Below, in pieces: positions 47,492 to 58,150 of a stretch of DNA of 64,000 nucleotides (position 1 is the stretch's first letter; each line of letters starts with the position of its first letter). Location of the stretch: NCBI GenBank assembly GCA_964547425.1, contig CAZJNH010000005.1, forward strand, positions 17,703 through 81,702, in the 5' to 3' direction. The translations under genes were made by a program, and so were the position numbers. The stretch is from an uncultured Candidatus Saccharibacteria bacterium (GTDB lineage Bacteria > Patescibacteriota > Saccharimonadia > UBA4664 > CAZJNH01). The notes under the pieces are model-generated. The model searched no databases. It was not told where the DNA came from and saw only the letters and a list, made by a program, of their open reading frames with translations.

Positions 47492-47794
47492 CGCGGCCTT
47501 CATGGCAGAAGCGGCCTTTTCGGCTAAACCCAGCCACTCGTCCGAGTGTTTGGCCGGTACCACTACCCATTCCTTCATTGGACGACCCATGCCCGGATCG
47601 AACAGCTCGGCACCGTCGAGCTTGAGCGCCTCCTCGCGGTCGTTTTCATCCACCAATTTAAACACCATGTCGCCCTTCCACTCACCACCCAGCGCTTTGC
47701 CATTTAACTTCCAGACCGGCATGCCAAACATCTTGCCTTTATCTGCTTCGGCAAAATTACTCATCAATTCGTCGGCAATCTCATCAAACGTCAT
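47477..47794 (-). CDS. TfoX N-terminal-domain-like small protein
   Basis: 105 aa; ...KGKMFGMPVWKLNGK... resembles the TfoX_N/YjbR-like fold. Tentative. Confidence 0.45.
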   Translation of the reverse strand: MTFDEIADELMSNFAEADKGKMFGMPVWKLNGKALGGEWKGDMVFKLVDENDREEALKLDGAELFDPGMGRPMKEWVVVPAKHSDEWLGLAEKAASAMKAANSKS

Positions 47795-48881
47795 TTTTCC
47801 TCCTCGGGTACTTTAAAGAAAACTTTGGCTTTTTCATAAGTATCTTTGACCTCTTGGCCACTCTCCGGAAGCAGGTCGCGGATGCTGGGGAACAGCAAAT
47901 TAGCCACTTCATTAACTTGATATAGCTGGCGGTGTTTAAAGGTCTCGGCCAATCCCCGTTTGGAGTGCGGATGGTTTTGAACGCTTCTTAAAAACCCGGG
48001 ATCGCGCAGCTCATTGGGAAGCGCGCTATCTAGGGCTTTAATAATTTCCGGCGCGGCGATTGCTAGTATTTCCACTGGCGGCATTGGAGTGTTCGGTGGC
48101 ACCCGCTTTATCACTAAGTTAGAGAACATTGGCAGATGCTCTTCCGACCAATCAGGATGCTGAGTGATGCTTTCGATAGTAATTTGCATGCCAAGCGCGG
48201 CATCCTCGGCCGTGACCTCGGGATCGTCGTATTGTTGCGATTGTTCGCGGGCGTAACGACGTATGTTGCTAGCCAAAATACTCACTTCGTTTACAAACTG
48301 CTGGCGGGGATTTTCGAACTGGCTCAAGAACTCCACGTACGGCTCAGCTTGGGGTAAGTAATCTTTGGCCTTGTCTAGCATCGGCTTTACTCGCTCCGGA
48401 AATTCTTGCTCTATCCGCCGGTTAATTGCCCTTCGGGCAGGGATCCCGACCCCAACTCCAGCCGACAACGCGGCTAGTTTATCGACGGTGTTTAGTTTGG
48501 ACACTAACTTCTTGATTGGCTTGCGATAAGGGCGCACATCCTCCGGTTTTAGCTCCTCGCCGGCCTGGACCCTTTCAATCAAAGGCCATAACGAGAGCGC
48601 GTGCTCCGTGGAGTAGTGGGCGTGGTAGCCATAAGTCGTGTAGGGGTAACGCATAATGCTTCGGTCAATAAATGCCATAGTGCCTAAGGCCTGGCCAAGT
48701 TCAGTTAGCGGCCGTGTTGGGATGCCCAAAACTTCTATCGGCATTTCCGGAGACTTCGGATCGAAGAACTTGTTGGCGTTGGATTCAGACTTAAGCGGCT
48801 CAGAGCTGGTTGTTTCTAGGTTTTGATACTCAGAGCTAAACTGCTCCTCTCCCGAAGTATCGCCGGGTGTTTCGCCAGACA

Positions 48882-48882
<1 letters not shown>
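47791..48882 (-). CDS. Hypothetical protein (363 aa)
   Basis: Long ORF whose stop and start overlap its neighbours (ATGA). Confidence 0.5.
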
Positions 48883-49288
<406 letters not shown>

Positions 49289-49333
49289 TAGTATTATGAT
49301 ACCGCCAATTGGAGCATCGACCGAGAGGAATGA

Positions 49334-49733
49334 GATGGGCGACGAAGGTGATGTAGGGCAGGCAAACGCCGAGCGCATCCGGCGTGAAGGTGCCAATCTT
49401 GATTACGAAGCAGAGGCTCGGGAAGCCATCGCCCGCTCGTGGGAGCTGACCGATCCAACCTGCCAGGCGCTGGCCTTGCAGGATGCCACGGCCTACGCGA
49501 TCTTGAACCTGCCGCGGACCCAAGAGCGCATCGTCGAGGCGGTCGGTCGGATCTTCCGCTTCGGCTACGTCAACTACCGCGGTGAAGCATCGACCAGGGA
49601 GGTGGTTTTCCACTACTTCTGGTATGGGCATAGCGAGTACCACGCCGAGGACCAGTTCTTCCTCCGAGGCATGGATGTCCAGAAGAAGGAGATGCGCGAC
49701 TTCGCGGTCAAAGACATCAAACAGTGGCTCTAG
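49334..49733 (+). CDS. GC-rich hypothetical protein (about 132 aa)
   Basis: GAGAGGAA RBS upstream of the ATG. About 61% GC versus about 54% background. A terminator hairpin and T-tract follow at 49745..49785. Confidence 0.4.
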
Positions 49734-49799
49734 CGCCCTCAAGCACGGAGACGACCTCCCAAGCTTGGGGGCGTCGTCTTTTTGTATTATGCTTACGCT

Positions 49800-50471
49800 A
49801 TGAAGCACAAAATCTTAGTATTATTTTACAGCTTTTCCGGCAAGACCGCCGATGTCGCCCGCGAAGTCGCGGCCGGAGCCAAGATGGTGACGGACTGCGA
49901 AGTCGAAGTTAAACGCGTACCCGAAACCATCCCAGAGGCTTTTTTTGACGAACACCCGCAGTTCAAGGTCACCAGGCAAGCTCTTGAAAGTGAGTTTCCG
50001 GAAGCGACCGTCGATGATTTAACTTCGGCCGATGCCGTGGCCTTCGGCTCTCCGGTTCATTTTGGCTCTTTCGCGTCACAAATTAAGTCGTTCATCGACC
50101 AGCTCTCACCGGTCTATATCAAGGGCACCATGGCCAACAAACCGGCAGCCGTTTTTTGCTCCGGCGGCTCGATCCACGGCGGCGAAGAGGCCACTTTGCT
50201 TTCGATGATTATTCCGCTACTCAACCTCGGCATGTTGCCGGTTGGGATCCCCTACCCAATCCAGGGCGAAGGCGTCGACTTTGACGCCGGTAGCCCCTAT
50301 GGAGCCACGTTTACCTCGGGCCACAAAGGCGATCTCAAAATGAGTGCCGCCGACAAGGAAGTCGCCAAGGTCCTCGGCCGCCGCCTGGCCATGCTGGCCC
50401 AAGTGGTTAACTGCGCCTGCGAGTCCTGCCAAGCCAACCGCGACCTCGTCAAACAACCCATCGGCGAATAA
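49800..50471 (+). CDS. WrbA-like flavodoxin-fold NAD(P)H:quinone oxidoreductase
   Basis: [16 protein letters not shown]... flavodoxin-like N-terminus; WrbA size. Confidence 0.65.
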   Translation: MKHKILVLFYSFSGKTADVAREVAAGAKMVTDCEVEVKRVPETIPEAFFDEHPQFKVTRQALESEFPEATVDDLTSADAVAFGSPVHFGSFASQIKSFIDQLSPVYIKGTMANKPAAVFCSGGSIHGGEEATLLSMIIPLLNLGMLPVGIPYPIQGEGVDFDAGSPYGATFTSGHKGDLKMSAADKEVAKVLGRRLAMLAQVVNCACESCQANRDLVKQPIGE

Positions 50472-50512
50472 ATCTAAAGCTTGAGGCCGCCCTTACAGGC
50501 GGCCTCAGTTCG

Positions 50513-51253
50513 TTACATTAGATCCTTGCGAGCTTCTTGCCACAGCACCGTCAAGCCGACGAGCAAGGTAAGAAGTTGAGTGCTGTCGTCGAGGTTGTGA
50601 GGGAACAATTGAAGACCCCCATCTCGATAACGCCAATTCCAGTCGTCACCATCGGCGCCGAGATCGCAGGCATTGCCCGGGGCACCGATGTAGAAACAGT
50701 TTTCGTTGTTAACAACCCGGCACTCCTGCTCGGCCCACTCGCGCTCGTAGCCCGGCCACAACCGGCAGAGCAGTTCGACCATGGCGGCTTGGGCTTTGGC
50801 GGCGGAGGCCTGGTCATGACGGCCCAACCAACGCCGCATCGCCGGAGAAATCTTTGCACCCAGACCGAGCCGAGGATGGTTGTCACCGGCCCACATCGTA
50901 ACGGTTACCAGCTGGCCGGGCGTGCCTGGATAACCGGTTTCGAGTGAGAGTAATTCGGCAATGTTGCCGATCCCCTGGACAAATCCCCGCAACCTTTCCC
51001 CAAACTCTGGGGTGCGGGTTTCCGTCGGTTCGCCTTCCGGTATTTCCCATTCGATGTAACCTTTTGGATCCTTCAAGCGCGGCCCCGTCAACCCTGCTTC
51101 CGCGACCTTGCTGGTGAAGTAACCCGCCGGACCGGCATAGCGCAAGGTGAACTTGAACTCCTCGTATTCAAGGTGATACACCGCCGGCAACTCATGCTGT
51201 GCCAAGTAATGCAAAGACAGCACTTCATGCTCCGTCACGATAGCTCCTCTCAA
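50513..51253 (-). CDS. Hypothetical protein (246 aa), GC-rich
   Basis: Long ORF next to tRNA-Ser with about 60% GC. Confidence 0.45.
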   Translation of the reverse strand: MRGAIVTEHEVLSLHYLAQHELPAVYHLEYEEFKFTLRYAGPAGYFTSKVAEAGLTGPRLKDPKGYIEWEIPEGEPTETRTPEFGERLRGFVQGIGNIAELLSLETGYPGTPGQLVTVTMWAGDNHPRLGLGAKISPAMRRWLGRHDQASAAKAQAAMVELLCRLWPGYEREWAEQECRVVNNENCFYIGAPGNACDLGADGDDWNWRYRDGGLQLFPHNLDDSTQLLTLLVGLTVLWQEARKDLM

Positions 51254-51295
51254 AGATCTCTGCCCAGTTCGGCTATTCTAGCAAAAATAATTCCT

Positions 51296-51385
51296 TGGCG
51301 GAGAGGGAGGGATTCGAACCCTCGATGCCCTTGCGGACATACGCGCTTTCCAAGCGCGCGCACTAGGCCACTATGCGACCTCTCC
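51296..51385 (-). tRNA. tRNA-Ser (anticodon GGA), type II with long variable arm, CCA encoded
   Basis: Manual fold. Acceptor GGAGAGG/CCUCUCC; D-stem GCA/UGC; anticodon stem CGCGC/GCGCG with loop UUGGAAA; 6-bp variable-arm stem; T-arm GAGGG-UUCGAAU-CCCUC; discriminator G followed by CCA. Confidence 0.8.
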
Positions 51386-51467
51386 GCGACAGCTTATTAT
51401 TGTATCTTTCCATCTGTAATTTTGCTAGAATACTCCGACTTGGCGGTGATCGTTGAAAGGACAAGGC

Positions 51468-52100
51468 ATGTGGGATACAAGCTTGGAAAGCTGGCTTCAG
51501 CTGTGGAGAGGCATCCAGCAAATCTCGACGGGTGGTCACCAGCGGTACGAGCAGCTCGTTGCGCTTTATTCAGAGCCTCACCGTGCCTATCACAATCTCG
51601 CCCACATCGCACACTGTCTGCGAGAGCTGAACGAATGCGAATACCCATACGCCGAAGAGCTGGCATTCGCGATTTGGTACCACGATGCCATCTACGACCC
51701 CCGAGCTCACGACAATGAAAAGCGCAGTCTGGAACTTGCGAATGAAGTGATGAGCTGGGGTAGTTTCTTACGCCGCACCGGTGGAATGGTCAGCCATATG
51801 ATCATGTCGACCAAACACGACGGAGAGCCTGTGGATGATGGCTGTAAGACCATGGCCGATATCGACCTTGCAATCCTCGGCCAACCTCCGTCTGAATTCG
51901 ACATCTATGAGCGGCAGATTCGCGAGGAATACTCGTGGGTGGATGACGAGGATTTCCGAACGGGTCGTCTCAAGCTACTAACCAGCTTTGCCAACCGGCA
52001 ATCGGTTTACTTCACCGAGCACTTCCAGAAGAAGTACGAAGCTCAAGCACGTAGCAATCTCGAGCATTCAATCGCTCGGCTCCAGGGCGGGGACCACTAA
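51468..52100 (+). CDS. HD-domain metal-dependent phosphohydrolase-like protein
   Basis: H...HD motifs (YHNLAHIAH and WYHDAIYD). Start trimmed to MWDTSLESW. Confidence 0.55.
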   Translation: MWDTSLESWLQLWRGIQQISTGGHQRYEQLVALYSEPHRAYHNLAHIAHCLRELNECEYPYAEELAFAIWYHDAIYDPRAHDNEKRSLELANEVMSWGSFLRRTGGMVSHMIMSTKHDGEPVDDGCKTMADIDLAILGQPPSEFDIYERQIREEYSWVDDEDFRTGRLKLLTSFANRQSVYFTEHFQKKYEAQARSNLEHSIARLQGGDH

Positions 52101-52137
52101 GTCCCCGCCCTGCTGTATTACTGTAAGGGAAGTCGAG

Positions 52138-52473
52138 TTACATTCCGGGGACGTCTTGGAGCTCGTAAACGTCGACACAGAACTTGCCGGTTTTGTCGGA
52201 GAGAAACGGGTGGCCATCAACTAGCTTGACCGCCGCGGCCATGTCTGCGGCCTGGATGATTGAGTAGCCATTCAGCTGCGGGACTTCGCCTTTTGAACCG
52301 TCATCCTTCACACATTCGCCGTTACGGTCCATTGGCTGGCCCATATCGACCATCGCGCTACCTAGCTTGTCCATCCACACACTCCAGTGGCCCATAATTT
52401 CTTTGGCCTTTTCCGGATCCATATCTTTGGCTTCGGTCGCCGGGCCATTGTAAAGCAATATAAACTTTTTCAT
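52138..52473 (-). CDS. YciI/DGPF-like small protein
   Basis: 111 aa with the alpha+beta barrel-like pattern. Tentative. Confidence 0.4.
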   Translation of the reverse strand: MKKFILLYNGPATEAKDMDPEKAKEIMGHWSVWMDKLGSAMVDMGQPMDRNGECVKDDGSKGEVPQLNGYSIIQAADMAAAVKLVDGHPFLSDKTGKFCVDVYELQDVPGM

Positions 52474-52542
52474 TCGAGCCTCCTTTACTTAGGTGCCGAT
52501 TCTACACCCGGTGATCAACTAAATCTACGTTACAATTGCCAC

Positions 52543-53310
52543 ATGCCAAGAAAGAAAATCGTACTGGCCCCTCCTCGAATGTTCGACCCAACAGGACCGG
52601 ACATCACGTTAGTTCAGGAGGTTGGTAGCCGACTGCCGGCTTCGGTTAATCCTTACGTCATCGGTGGGGCTGCTCGAAACGCGCTATATTACCAAACCTT
52701 CGGCAAGGGCTTAGCCCAGCGAGATTTCGACCTGCTAGCTTTACCAGGGGACGCCACCAAGTTTGTTGATTTCTGCCGAAGAGAGCTTGGTTTCGTATAC
52801 GGTAAAATTCGTCGAAAGTCGGAAGTCGTAGTCCGTAAAAATTTCGTTGAGAAGCCTCAAAACATCACCCATTACGTATACTTTGACCTTCATATTAGCG
52901 AAGAAGCCGATGTTTTGACCAACCTACGCCTAAACTCTGCTTTCACAATTAACGGCTTCGCCATCCCGCTCAAAAGTTTTCCCAAGCTCGACAAGTTAAT
53001 CTCCTTGCCCGGAGCCGTCGACGATTTGAAGAATCGGCAACTGCGGTTAAACCCAGATGGCTATAAATTCCACCCCGGAAACTTGTTTGCCTGCTTGAGG
53101 TTCATGTCGGTCGGTTATAAACCACCGAGTGCCGAAGAGGTGGAACTTCTGGCTAAAGAACTGCCAAAGCTCGAGAAGTGGCGCTTCAATCGCAACGTCA
53201 AAAAAGTCTTTACCTACGTTGGCGGTGAAGCAAATGCCCGCAAGCTGGCCAAACGGCTGGGTGTCGAGGCAGACATATTTAATTTGGATGAGCTTCGCAA
53301 ATCGATATGA
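52543..53310 (+). CDS. Nucleotidyltransferase (poly(A) polymerase/CCA-adding enzyme head-domain-like)
   Basis: VIGGAARNALY...DFDL resembles the GGxVRD...DxD motif of class II nucleotidyltransferases. Start trimmed to MPRKKIVL. Confidence 0.5.
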   Translation: MPRKKIVLAPPRMFDPTGPDITLVQEVGSRLPASVNPYVIGGAARNALYYQTFGKGLAQRDFDLLALPGDATKFVDFCRRELGFVYGKIRRKSEVVVRKNFVEKPQNITHYVYFDLHISEEADVLTNLRLNSAFTINGFAIPLKSFPKLDKLISLPGAVDDLKNRQLRLNPDGYKFHPGNLFACLRFMSVGYKPPSAEEVELLAKELPKLEKWRFNRNVKKVFTYVGGEANARKLAKRLGVEADIFNLDELRKSI

Positions 53311-53801
53311 GATACGTAGCGTTTTTGCGTGGAATTAACGTTGGCGGCAACAAGAAGGTGCCGATGGCAGACCTAAAAGTCTGCCTGGAAAAAGCTGGGT
53401 TTGAGAATGTTAAAACCCTACTCAACTCCGGCAATGTCGCTTTTAATGCCGAAAAAGTCACCGAAGGCGAAATCGAAGAACTCATCGGACAATCGTTCGG
53501 CTTTTCAGTCGGCGTGCTAATCAGGCCGCAAGATTCGCTCAAACAACTGGTCGAGATGGATCCTTTTAAGAACATCAAAAATGCTAAGGCTCTTTATGTG
53601 ACTTTCTTACGCGACAAGCCCATCGATCACAGTCCCGGCGAGTTCAAATTACTTAAGGTCGAGGACGACGCGGCGTTCTGGTACGTCGAGGATAAAGATG
53701 GTCGCGGGACGCTCGACGCGATGAGTTGGTGGGACAAACAATTCGGTAAAAATATAACCACCCGCAACTGGAACACCGTCGTGAAAGCGGCAAATCTGTG
53801 A
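53307..53801 (+). CDS. DUF1697-family protein
   Basis: MRYVAFLRGINVGGNKKVPMADLK is the DUF1697 N-terminal signature. Confidence 0.6.
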   Translation: MRYVAFLRGINVGGNKKVPMADLKVCLEKAGFENVKTLLNSGNVAFNAEKVTEGEIEELIGQSFGFSVGVLIRPQDSLKQLVEMDPFKNIKNAKALYVTFLRDKPIDHSPGEFKLLKVEDDAAFWYVEDKDGRGTLDAMSWWDKQFGKNITTRNWNTVVKAANL

Positions 53802-54376
53802 CGAACGGCGACGCGCCAATGCAAGCTTTTAGTTCAGCCGAAAAGTTCGCGGAGTGGCTGGATAAAAATCATGATCAATCGGACGGGATTTGGCTCCGGT
53901 TTTACAAAAAAGCTTCGGGTGTGCCAACCGTGGTTTACTCCGAGGCGGTTGACGTCGCGCTCTGTTACGGCTGGATCGATAGCCAAATGAAATCCTTGGA
54001 CGAGCAGTCTTACATCCAGAAATTCACTCCACGCCGAGCCAAGAGTATGTGGTCCAAAGTAAACATCGAAAAAGTCGAGCGGCTAATCAAAGAAGGCAAG
54101 ATGTCTGCCGCAGGCCTTGCCCAAATCGAAGCCGCCAAAGCCGATGGAAGATGGGACAAGGCTTACCATTCGCAAAGCACATTTGTGATGGACGAGGATT
54201 TCCTGCGGGCCCTAACCAAACAACCTAAGGCTCAAGCGTTTTACGATTCGCTGACCAAAGCTAACAAATACGCAATATACTTCCGCATTCATCACACCAA
54301 ACCAGAAAAACGATCCGCGAAGATCAGCGAGATGGTCGCCATGCTCGAAGCGGGCAAGGCTATCCACCTGATTTAA
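53798..54376 (+). CDS. YdeI/OmpD-associated family protein
   Basis: W..FY...S.....Y.E.V..AL.YGWIDS pattern. Confidence 0.55.
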   Translation: MTNGDAPMQAFSSAEKFAEWLDKNHDQSDGIWLRFYKKASGVPTVVYSEAVDVALCYGWIDSQMKSLDEQSYIQKFTPRRAKSMWSKVNIEKVERLIKEGKMSAAGLAQIEAAKADGRWDKAYHSQSTFVMDEDFLRALTKQPKAQAFYDSLTKANKYAIYFRIHHTKPEKRSAKISEMVAMLEAGKAIHLI

Positions 54377-54391
54377 GCGTAGAATAGGGTT

Positions 54392-55066
54392 GTGAACATC
54401 ATTGAGTTAAAGAAGGTTAGCAAAGTTTATGGCAAAGGTGATGCCAGGACTTTGGCGATCAAAGATATCAACCTTTCGATCAAACAAGGTGAGTTCGTGG
54501 CGATTATGGGCCCATCCGGGTCGGGTAAATCAACCTTGCTCTCAATTCTTGGTCTTCTCGATATTCCCTCCTCAGGCGAATACGAGCTGGCGGGCGAGAC
54601 GATTAAAGATAAAAGCGATCGCTGGCTGGCACGGTTCCGTCGGGAAAAGATCGGCTTTGTTTTTCAAACCTTCAACCTTATCCCCCGTTTGTCGCTTTCG
54701 GCCAACGTTGAGCTGCCGATGATTTACGGCGGCTGGAGCAAGAAAGACCGCCACTCTCGATCAAAGGAGTTGTTGGAAATGGTCGGATTAGGCCATCGCG
54801 CAAAGAACAACCCGAATCAAATTTCCGGCGGTGAAACTCAGCGGGCAGCGATTGCCCGCGCTTTAGCCAACCACCCTAGCCTAATTCTTGCCGATGAGCC
54901 GACCGGAAACCTGGACAGCAAAACCAGCCTTCAGGTTATGGAGATCCTTCGTGGCCTGCACAAAGAAGGCAACACTGTAGTACTAATCACCCACGAGGCA
55001 CATTTAGCTAGGTTCGCTTCCCGCACCATCCACTTGCGTGACGGCGAGATTGTGAGAAGCAAGTGA
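54392..55066 (+). CDS. ABC transporter ATP-binding protein (MacB/LolD-like)
   Basis: Walker A GPSGSGKST, signature LSGGETQR, Walker B ILADEPTGNLD. Confidence 0.9.
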   Translation: MNIIELKKVSKVYGKGDARTLAIKDINLSIKQGEFVAIMGPSGSGKSTLLSILGLLDIPSSGEYELAGETIKDKSDRWLARFRREKIGFVFQTFNLIPRLSLSANVELPMIYGGWSKKDRHSRSKELLEMVGLGHRAKNNPNQISGGETQRAAIARALANHPSLILADEPTGNLDSKTSLQVMEILRGLHKEGNTVVLITHEAHLARFASRTIHLRDGEIVRSK

Positions 55067-56295
55067 TCTGGGAAAGCATCAAAATGGCACTAAATAGCAT
55101 CCGCAGCGCCAAACTGCGCTCCTTCCTGACAATGCTTGGGATTATTATCGGCATCGCCTCCGTTGTCGCCATCAACGCCGTCGGCGCTGGCCTCAAACAG
55201 CAGGTCGCCGGGCAAGTGAACGATCTGGGTGCCAATCTGGTCTTTGTCCTGCCGGGTCAAGTTATTTCAAAGGAAGGCGGCAAGCAAAGTTTCAACCCTG
55301 GTGCCAGCATTGGCACGTCGACCTTAACCCGCCAAGACATCACCAGCATTGGTAAAACTCCGAACGTCACCAAAGTAACCGACTTTTCCCTAATCTCTGG
55401 TGTAGTTAGCCACGGCTCAACCTCTGATCCTGGAGCCTTACTGCTCGCGACCTCGCCGTCTTACACACAGGTTATAGAAAGCCCAAAGCTGGACGAAGGC
55501 CGCTTCCTCAACGCCGGCGACAAAGACGGTTATGTGGTGGTCTTGGGGGCTGCGGCGAGAGATACGCTGTTTGGCAAAGGCGGTAAATCGATCGGCAACG
55601 CAGTCGATATTCGCGGCAGGCAATTTAAAGTCGTTGGCGTAATGGCCTCGAGCGGTACCAACGGTTCCGGTTCGGTGGGCGGCCCAAGCCTGGATGACGC
55701 CGTTTACGTTAGTATCGACGCTGCCCGCAAGCTGACCGGCACCGAACCATCGATTTACCGAATCGGCGCCAAGGTGGATTCTCAAGATCATGTAGCCCCT
55801 GCGGTCGACGCGATTAAGGCAACTTTAAAGAAAAACCACGGCGGACAGGAGGACTTTAGTGTCCTGACGCAGAAGGATCTACTTTCAACCGTTAATACTA
55901 TCTTGAACGCCCTCACCAGTGCGGTCGCGGCGATTGGCGGCATTGCTCTGTTGGTTGGCGGCATCGGCATTATGAACATTATGTTGGTAGCTGTGACTGA
56001 GCGGACGCGCGAAATTGGGATTCGCAAAGCTTTGGGGGCTACCCGAACGATGATTTTGATGCAGTTTTTAGTAGAGGCGGCGGTAATCAGTTTATTAGGC
56101 GGGGGGTTCGGTATGCTGGCCGCATTTGGTATGGGCCGGCTGGCTGGCAGAGTGACCAAGATTCCTCCGGTCTTTACGGCCCAGATTTTAATAACGGCTG
56201 TGGGCATTACGGTACTAATCGGCGTCATCTTTGGGCTAGCGCCAGCCATCAAAGCAGCTCGAAAACGACCGATCGAAGCTCTGCGCTATGAGTAA
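55063..56295 (+). CDS. ABC transporter permease, FtsX/MacB-like
   Basis: N-terminal TM helix, large periplasmic domain and a C-terminal four-TM FtsX domain. Confidence 0.85.
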   Translation: MIWESIKMALNSIRSAKLRSFLTMLGIIIGIASVVAINAVGAGLKQQVAGQVNDLGANLVFVLPGQVISKEGGKQSFNPGASIGTSTLTRQDITSIGKTPNVTKVTDFSLISGVVSHGSTSDPGALLLATSPSYTQVIESPKLDEGRFLNAGDKDGYVVVLGAAARDTLFGKGGKSIGNAVDIRGRQFKVVGVMASSGTNGSGSVGGPSLDDAVYVSIDAARKLTGTEPSIYRIGAKVDSQDHVAPAVDAIKATLKKNHGGQEDFSVLTQKDLLSTVNTILNALTSAVAAIGGIALLVGGIGIMNIMLVAVTERTREIGIRKALGATRTMILMQFLVEAAVISLLGGGFGMLAAFGMGRLAGRVTKIPPVFTAQILITAVGITVLIGVIFGLAPAIKAARKRPIEALRYE

Positions 56296-56308
56296 CAACG
56301 ACCTTCAT

Positions 56309-56373
56309 CAAAACCTTGTAATTCTCTAACCTGAAAAGGGTTACACCCTTAACAGATTGGGGAATTACAAGGT
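56309..56373. repeat. 63-nt hairpin repeat element, copy 2 (between convergent genes)
   Basis: See copy 1. T-rich sequence follows on both strands. Confidence 0.7.
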
Positions 56374-56386
56374 TTGCGTTTGAGGC

Positions 56387-57418
56387 TTAAGAGAGGTCTT
56401 TTTTGAGGGTTTCGATGAGGTCGACGGAGGAGGGATCAACTTTATTGAGGATGCCGAGATAAACGCCTACGAAGTCGCCGAGTAGTTGGGTCCAGAGCAG
56501 TTGTTGGAGTTTGGTCTCCCCTTCCGCTTTAACTTCGATCGGGGAGGGCATTTTGCCTGAAAGCAGACGATTTGAAATCTCCCAGCGTTCGGCGATCTTG
56601 GGATGGTCGAGCGAAGACTGTAGTTCAATCACTTTGAATAGCTTGGTTTCCGGCTTTAGCCACCCCTGGAATTCGTTGTGGTTAAATTCGCTCATCAGAT
56701 AATAAAACGCCACGTTCTTGGCGTTCTCGTTGATCGAAATCTTCCATTTCTGGGCAGCCGCTGCCAGCACTGGGCCGCTGTAAATCACCACGCTTGACCC
56801 AAGTAGCTTGTCGGCGATTTGCTTGGCCAAGTTTTCGTGCGCCGGTACCGTTTGGACCCACGCCGCGCCCTTGCCCTCCAACCAGTCGGCGGCCTGCTCC
56901 AGTTCCGCGGCAGCGCCGGTGGTGGCTCCAATTTGGTCGAGTGTAAGCGCAATCGCCTTCGCCATAGACAAAGCCGCTAGACGCTGCGGGATTCCGGCCG
57001 GGATTTCAAGTAGCGGCAACTCGGCAGATTTGGCTTCGGCCATTAACTCCCCACCCGCGGACAAAGCGACGATCTGCGCGCCTCGCGCCTTGGCCTCAGC
57101 AAACATCGACAGCGTTTCTTCGGTGTTGCCGGAGTAACTGGAAACAAAAACCAGACTGTTTTGGCCGACGAAGGCCGGTAGATGGTAGTCACGCACCACC
57201 ACAAAAGGCAGCTTTAGCCGATCACCCAGCCAGTTGCGGATTAACTCCGCCGCCAACGCCGAACCTCCCATGCCAGCGAGAACAATATTCGCGTAGGGTC
57301 TAGGAATTAGAGGCGAGAGGCTAGGGAATTGCTGCTTTAGTTGCTTGGCTTGTCCGGCTACTAACCCAAGCGCGTTGCCGCGGTCGATACTGTAAACAAA
57401 CTGGCCGTCGTCTAACAT
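56387..57418 (-). CDS. SIS-domain bifunctional phosphoglucose/phosphomannose isomerase-like protein
   Basis: GMGGSALAAEL... plus a second SIS domain. Start trimmed to MLDDGQFVY; the upstream ORF extension is a terminator/hairpin region. Confidence 0.65.
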   Translation of the reverse strand: MLDDGQFVYSIDRGNALGLVAGQAKQLKQQFPSLSPLIPRPYANIVLAGMGGSALAAELIRNWLGDRLKLPFVVVRDYHLPAFVGQNSLVFVSSYSGNTEETLSMFAEAKARGAQIVALSAGGELMAEAKSAELPLLEIPAGIPQRLAALSMAKAIALTLDQIGATTGAAAELEQAADWLEGKGAAWVQTVPAHENLAKQIADKLLGSSVVIYSGPVLAAAAQKWKISINENAKNVAFYYLMSEFNHNEFQGWLKPETKLFKVIELQSSLDHPKIAERWEISNRLLSGKMPSPIEVKAEGETKLQQLLWTQLLGDFVGVYLGILNKVDPSSVDLIETLKKDLS

Positions 57419-57429
57419 AAGCCTTATTT

Positions 57430-57457
57430 TACAGCAACGAAAAAAGCGACTCAGTTG
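57430..57457 (-). terminator. Intrinsic terminator on minus strand (GCGACUCAUCAACUGAGUCGC + U6) directly upstream of the SIS gene start
   Basis: 8-bp stem plus T6, about 30 nt before the ATG. It is preceded by a perfect 13-bp hairpin at 57482..57514. Confidence 0.6.
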
Positions 57458-57523
57458 ATGAGTCGCTTCGCGTAAGGCGGGCTCGGGGAAATCTCCTTGC
57501 CAGAAGGAGATCTCCCCGAGCAC

Positions 57524-58150
57524 GGTGGCCTCAGCTCTTTCGAGCTAACCCCCTCGGGGGTATTGGTTTCCGGAACTTAGCGTCCGGAGGTCTGGGGAAT
57601 TGAGCTTGCGACAGTCAGGTTCCCAACCTGCCCGTCACTCCGCGATACCCTGCGTGGGCCTAATTGAAAAACGCAGAGTGCTCAGTTCGTTGAACTGGTA
57701 ACAGCCAGGGTCTTCAATCCTGCGTTCTCCAGAGAAGCAAATCGATCTCGAGTGAAACCCGCACCTGCAGAAACCGCGCTATGCGGTTCTCAAAGAGCAG
57801 TACAGCCGCTCGAGCCGGGAAGTTGTTAGGCGTCGCCGCTGTGCCGATCAGGCATTTTCGGGCCTAGGCTCCGAACGTATGACGGGTGTTCCGTACCTCA
57901 GCAGCCGAGCGTTACTTCGTTCGATTGCCTCTTCGGGCCATTCTTCTGGGCTCCTCTTGTGCAGGCCTCGGCCTGCTGGCAACCCGGGAAGAATGTTACT
58001 CGTTCACTTTACTACGGAGGTCCCCTTTCCATGCGTATCCCCCAGTAGTGGAATTTGATCTTTCAAGGGATAGCTCCACCTCATCGCGCTTGAGCTATCG
58101 TTGTGGAATAATCTACGCCCGCTTGTCAGGCGTGTCAAGCTTTTTTAACC
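57524..58150. ncRNA. Candidate structured non-coding RNA region (family unassigned; strand uncertain)
   Basis: About 750 bp with no credible ORF in a genome whose intergenic spaces are usually under 150 bp. It contains multiple long hairpins and is bounded by a minus-strand terminator (57430..57457) and a plus-strand terminator (58121..58146). Confidence 0.35.
58121..58146 (+). terminator. Intrinsic terminator on plus strand (GCTTG-tcaggcgtgt-CAAGC + T6)
   Basis: Hairpin followed by TTTTTT. A TTGACA -35-like hexamer lies just downstream at 58160..58165. Confidence 0.5.

Noticed and set aside
49290-52100. Integrated prophage or integrative element at tRNA-Ser
   Set aside because: No integrase, excisionase, phage structural genes or duplicated tRNA 3' end were found. 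Only the compositional deviation is reported, as a low-interest finding.
57524-58150. Assignment of the ORF-free region to RNase P RNA or tmRNA
   Set aside because: I looked for the P4 strands (GGAAAGUCCGG / ACAGAANCCGGCUUA), the tmRNA 5' GGGG...UUCGAC and a tag-peptide-UAA plus T-arm-CCA, and SRP GGAAGCAGC. Only partial matches were found (CUGGUAACAG, GCAGAAACCGCGCUAU, GCUCAAUUCCCC). These are not enough to call a family without a covariance-model search.
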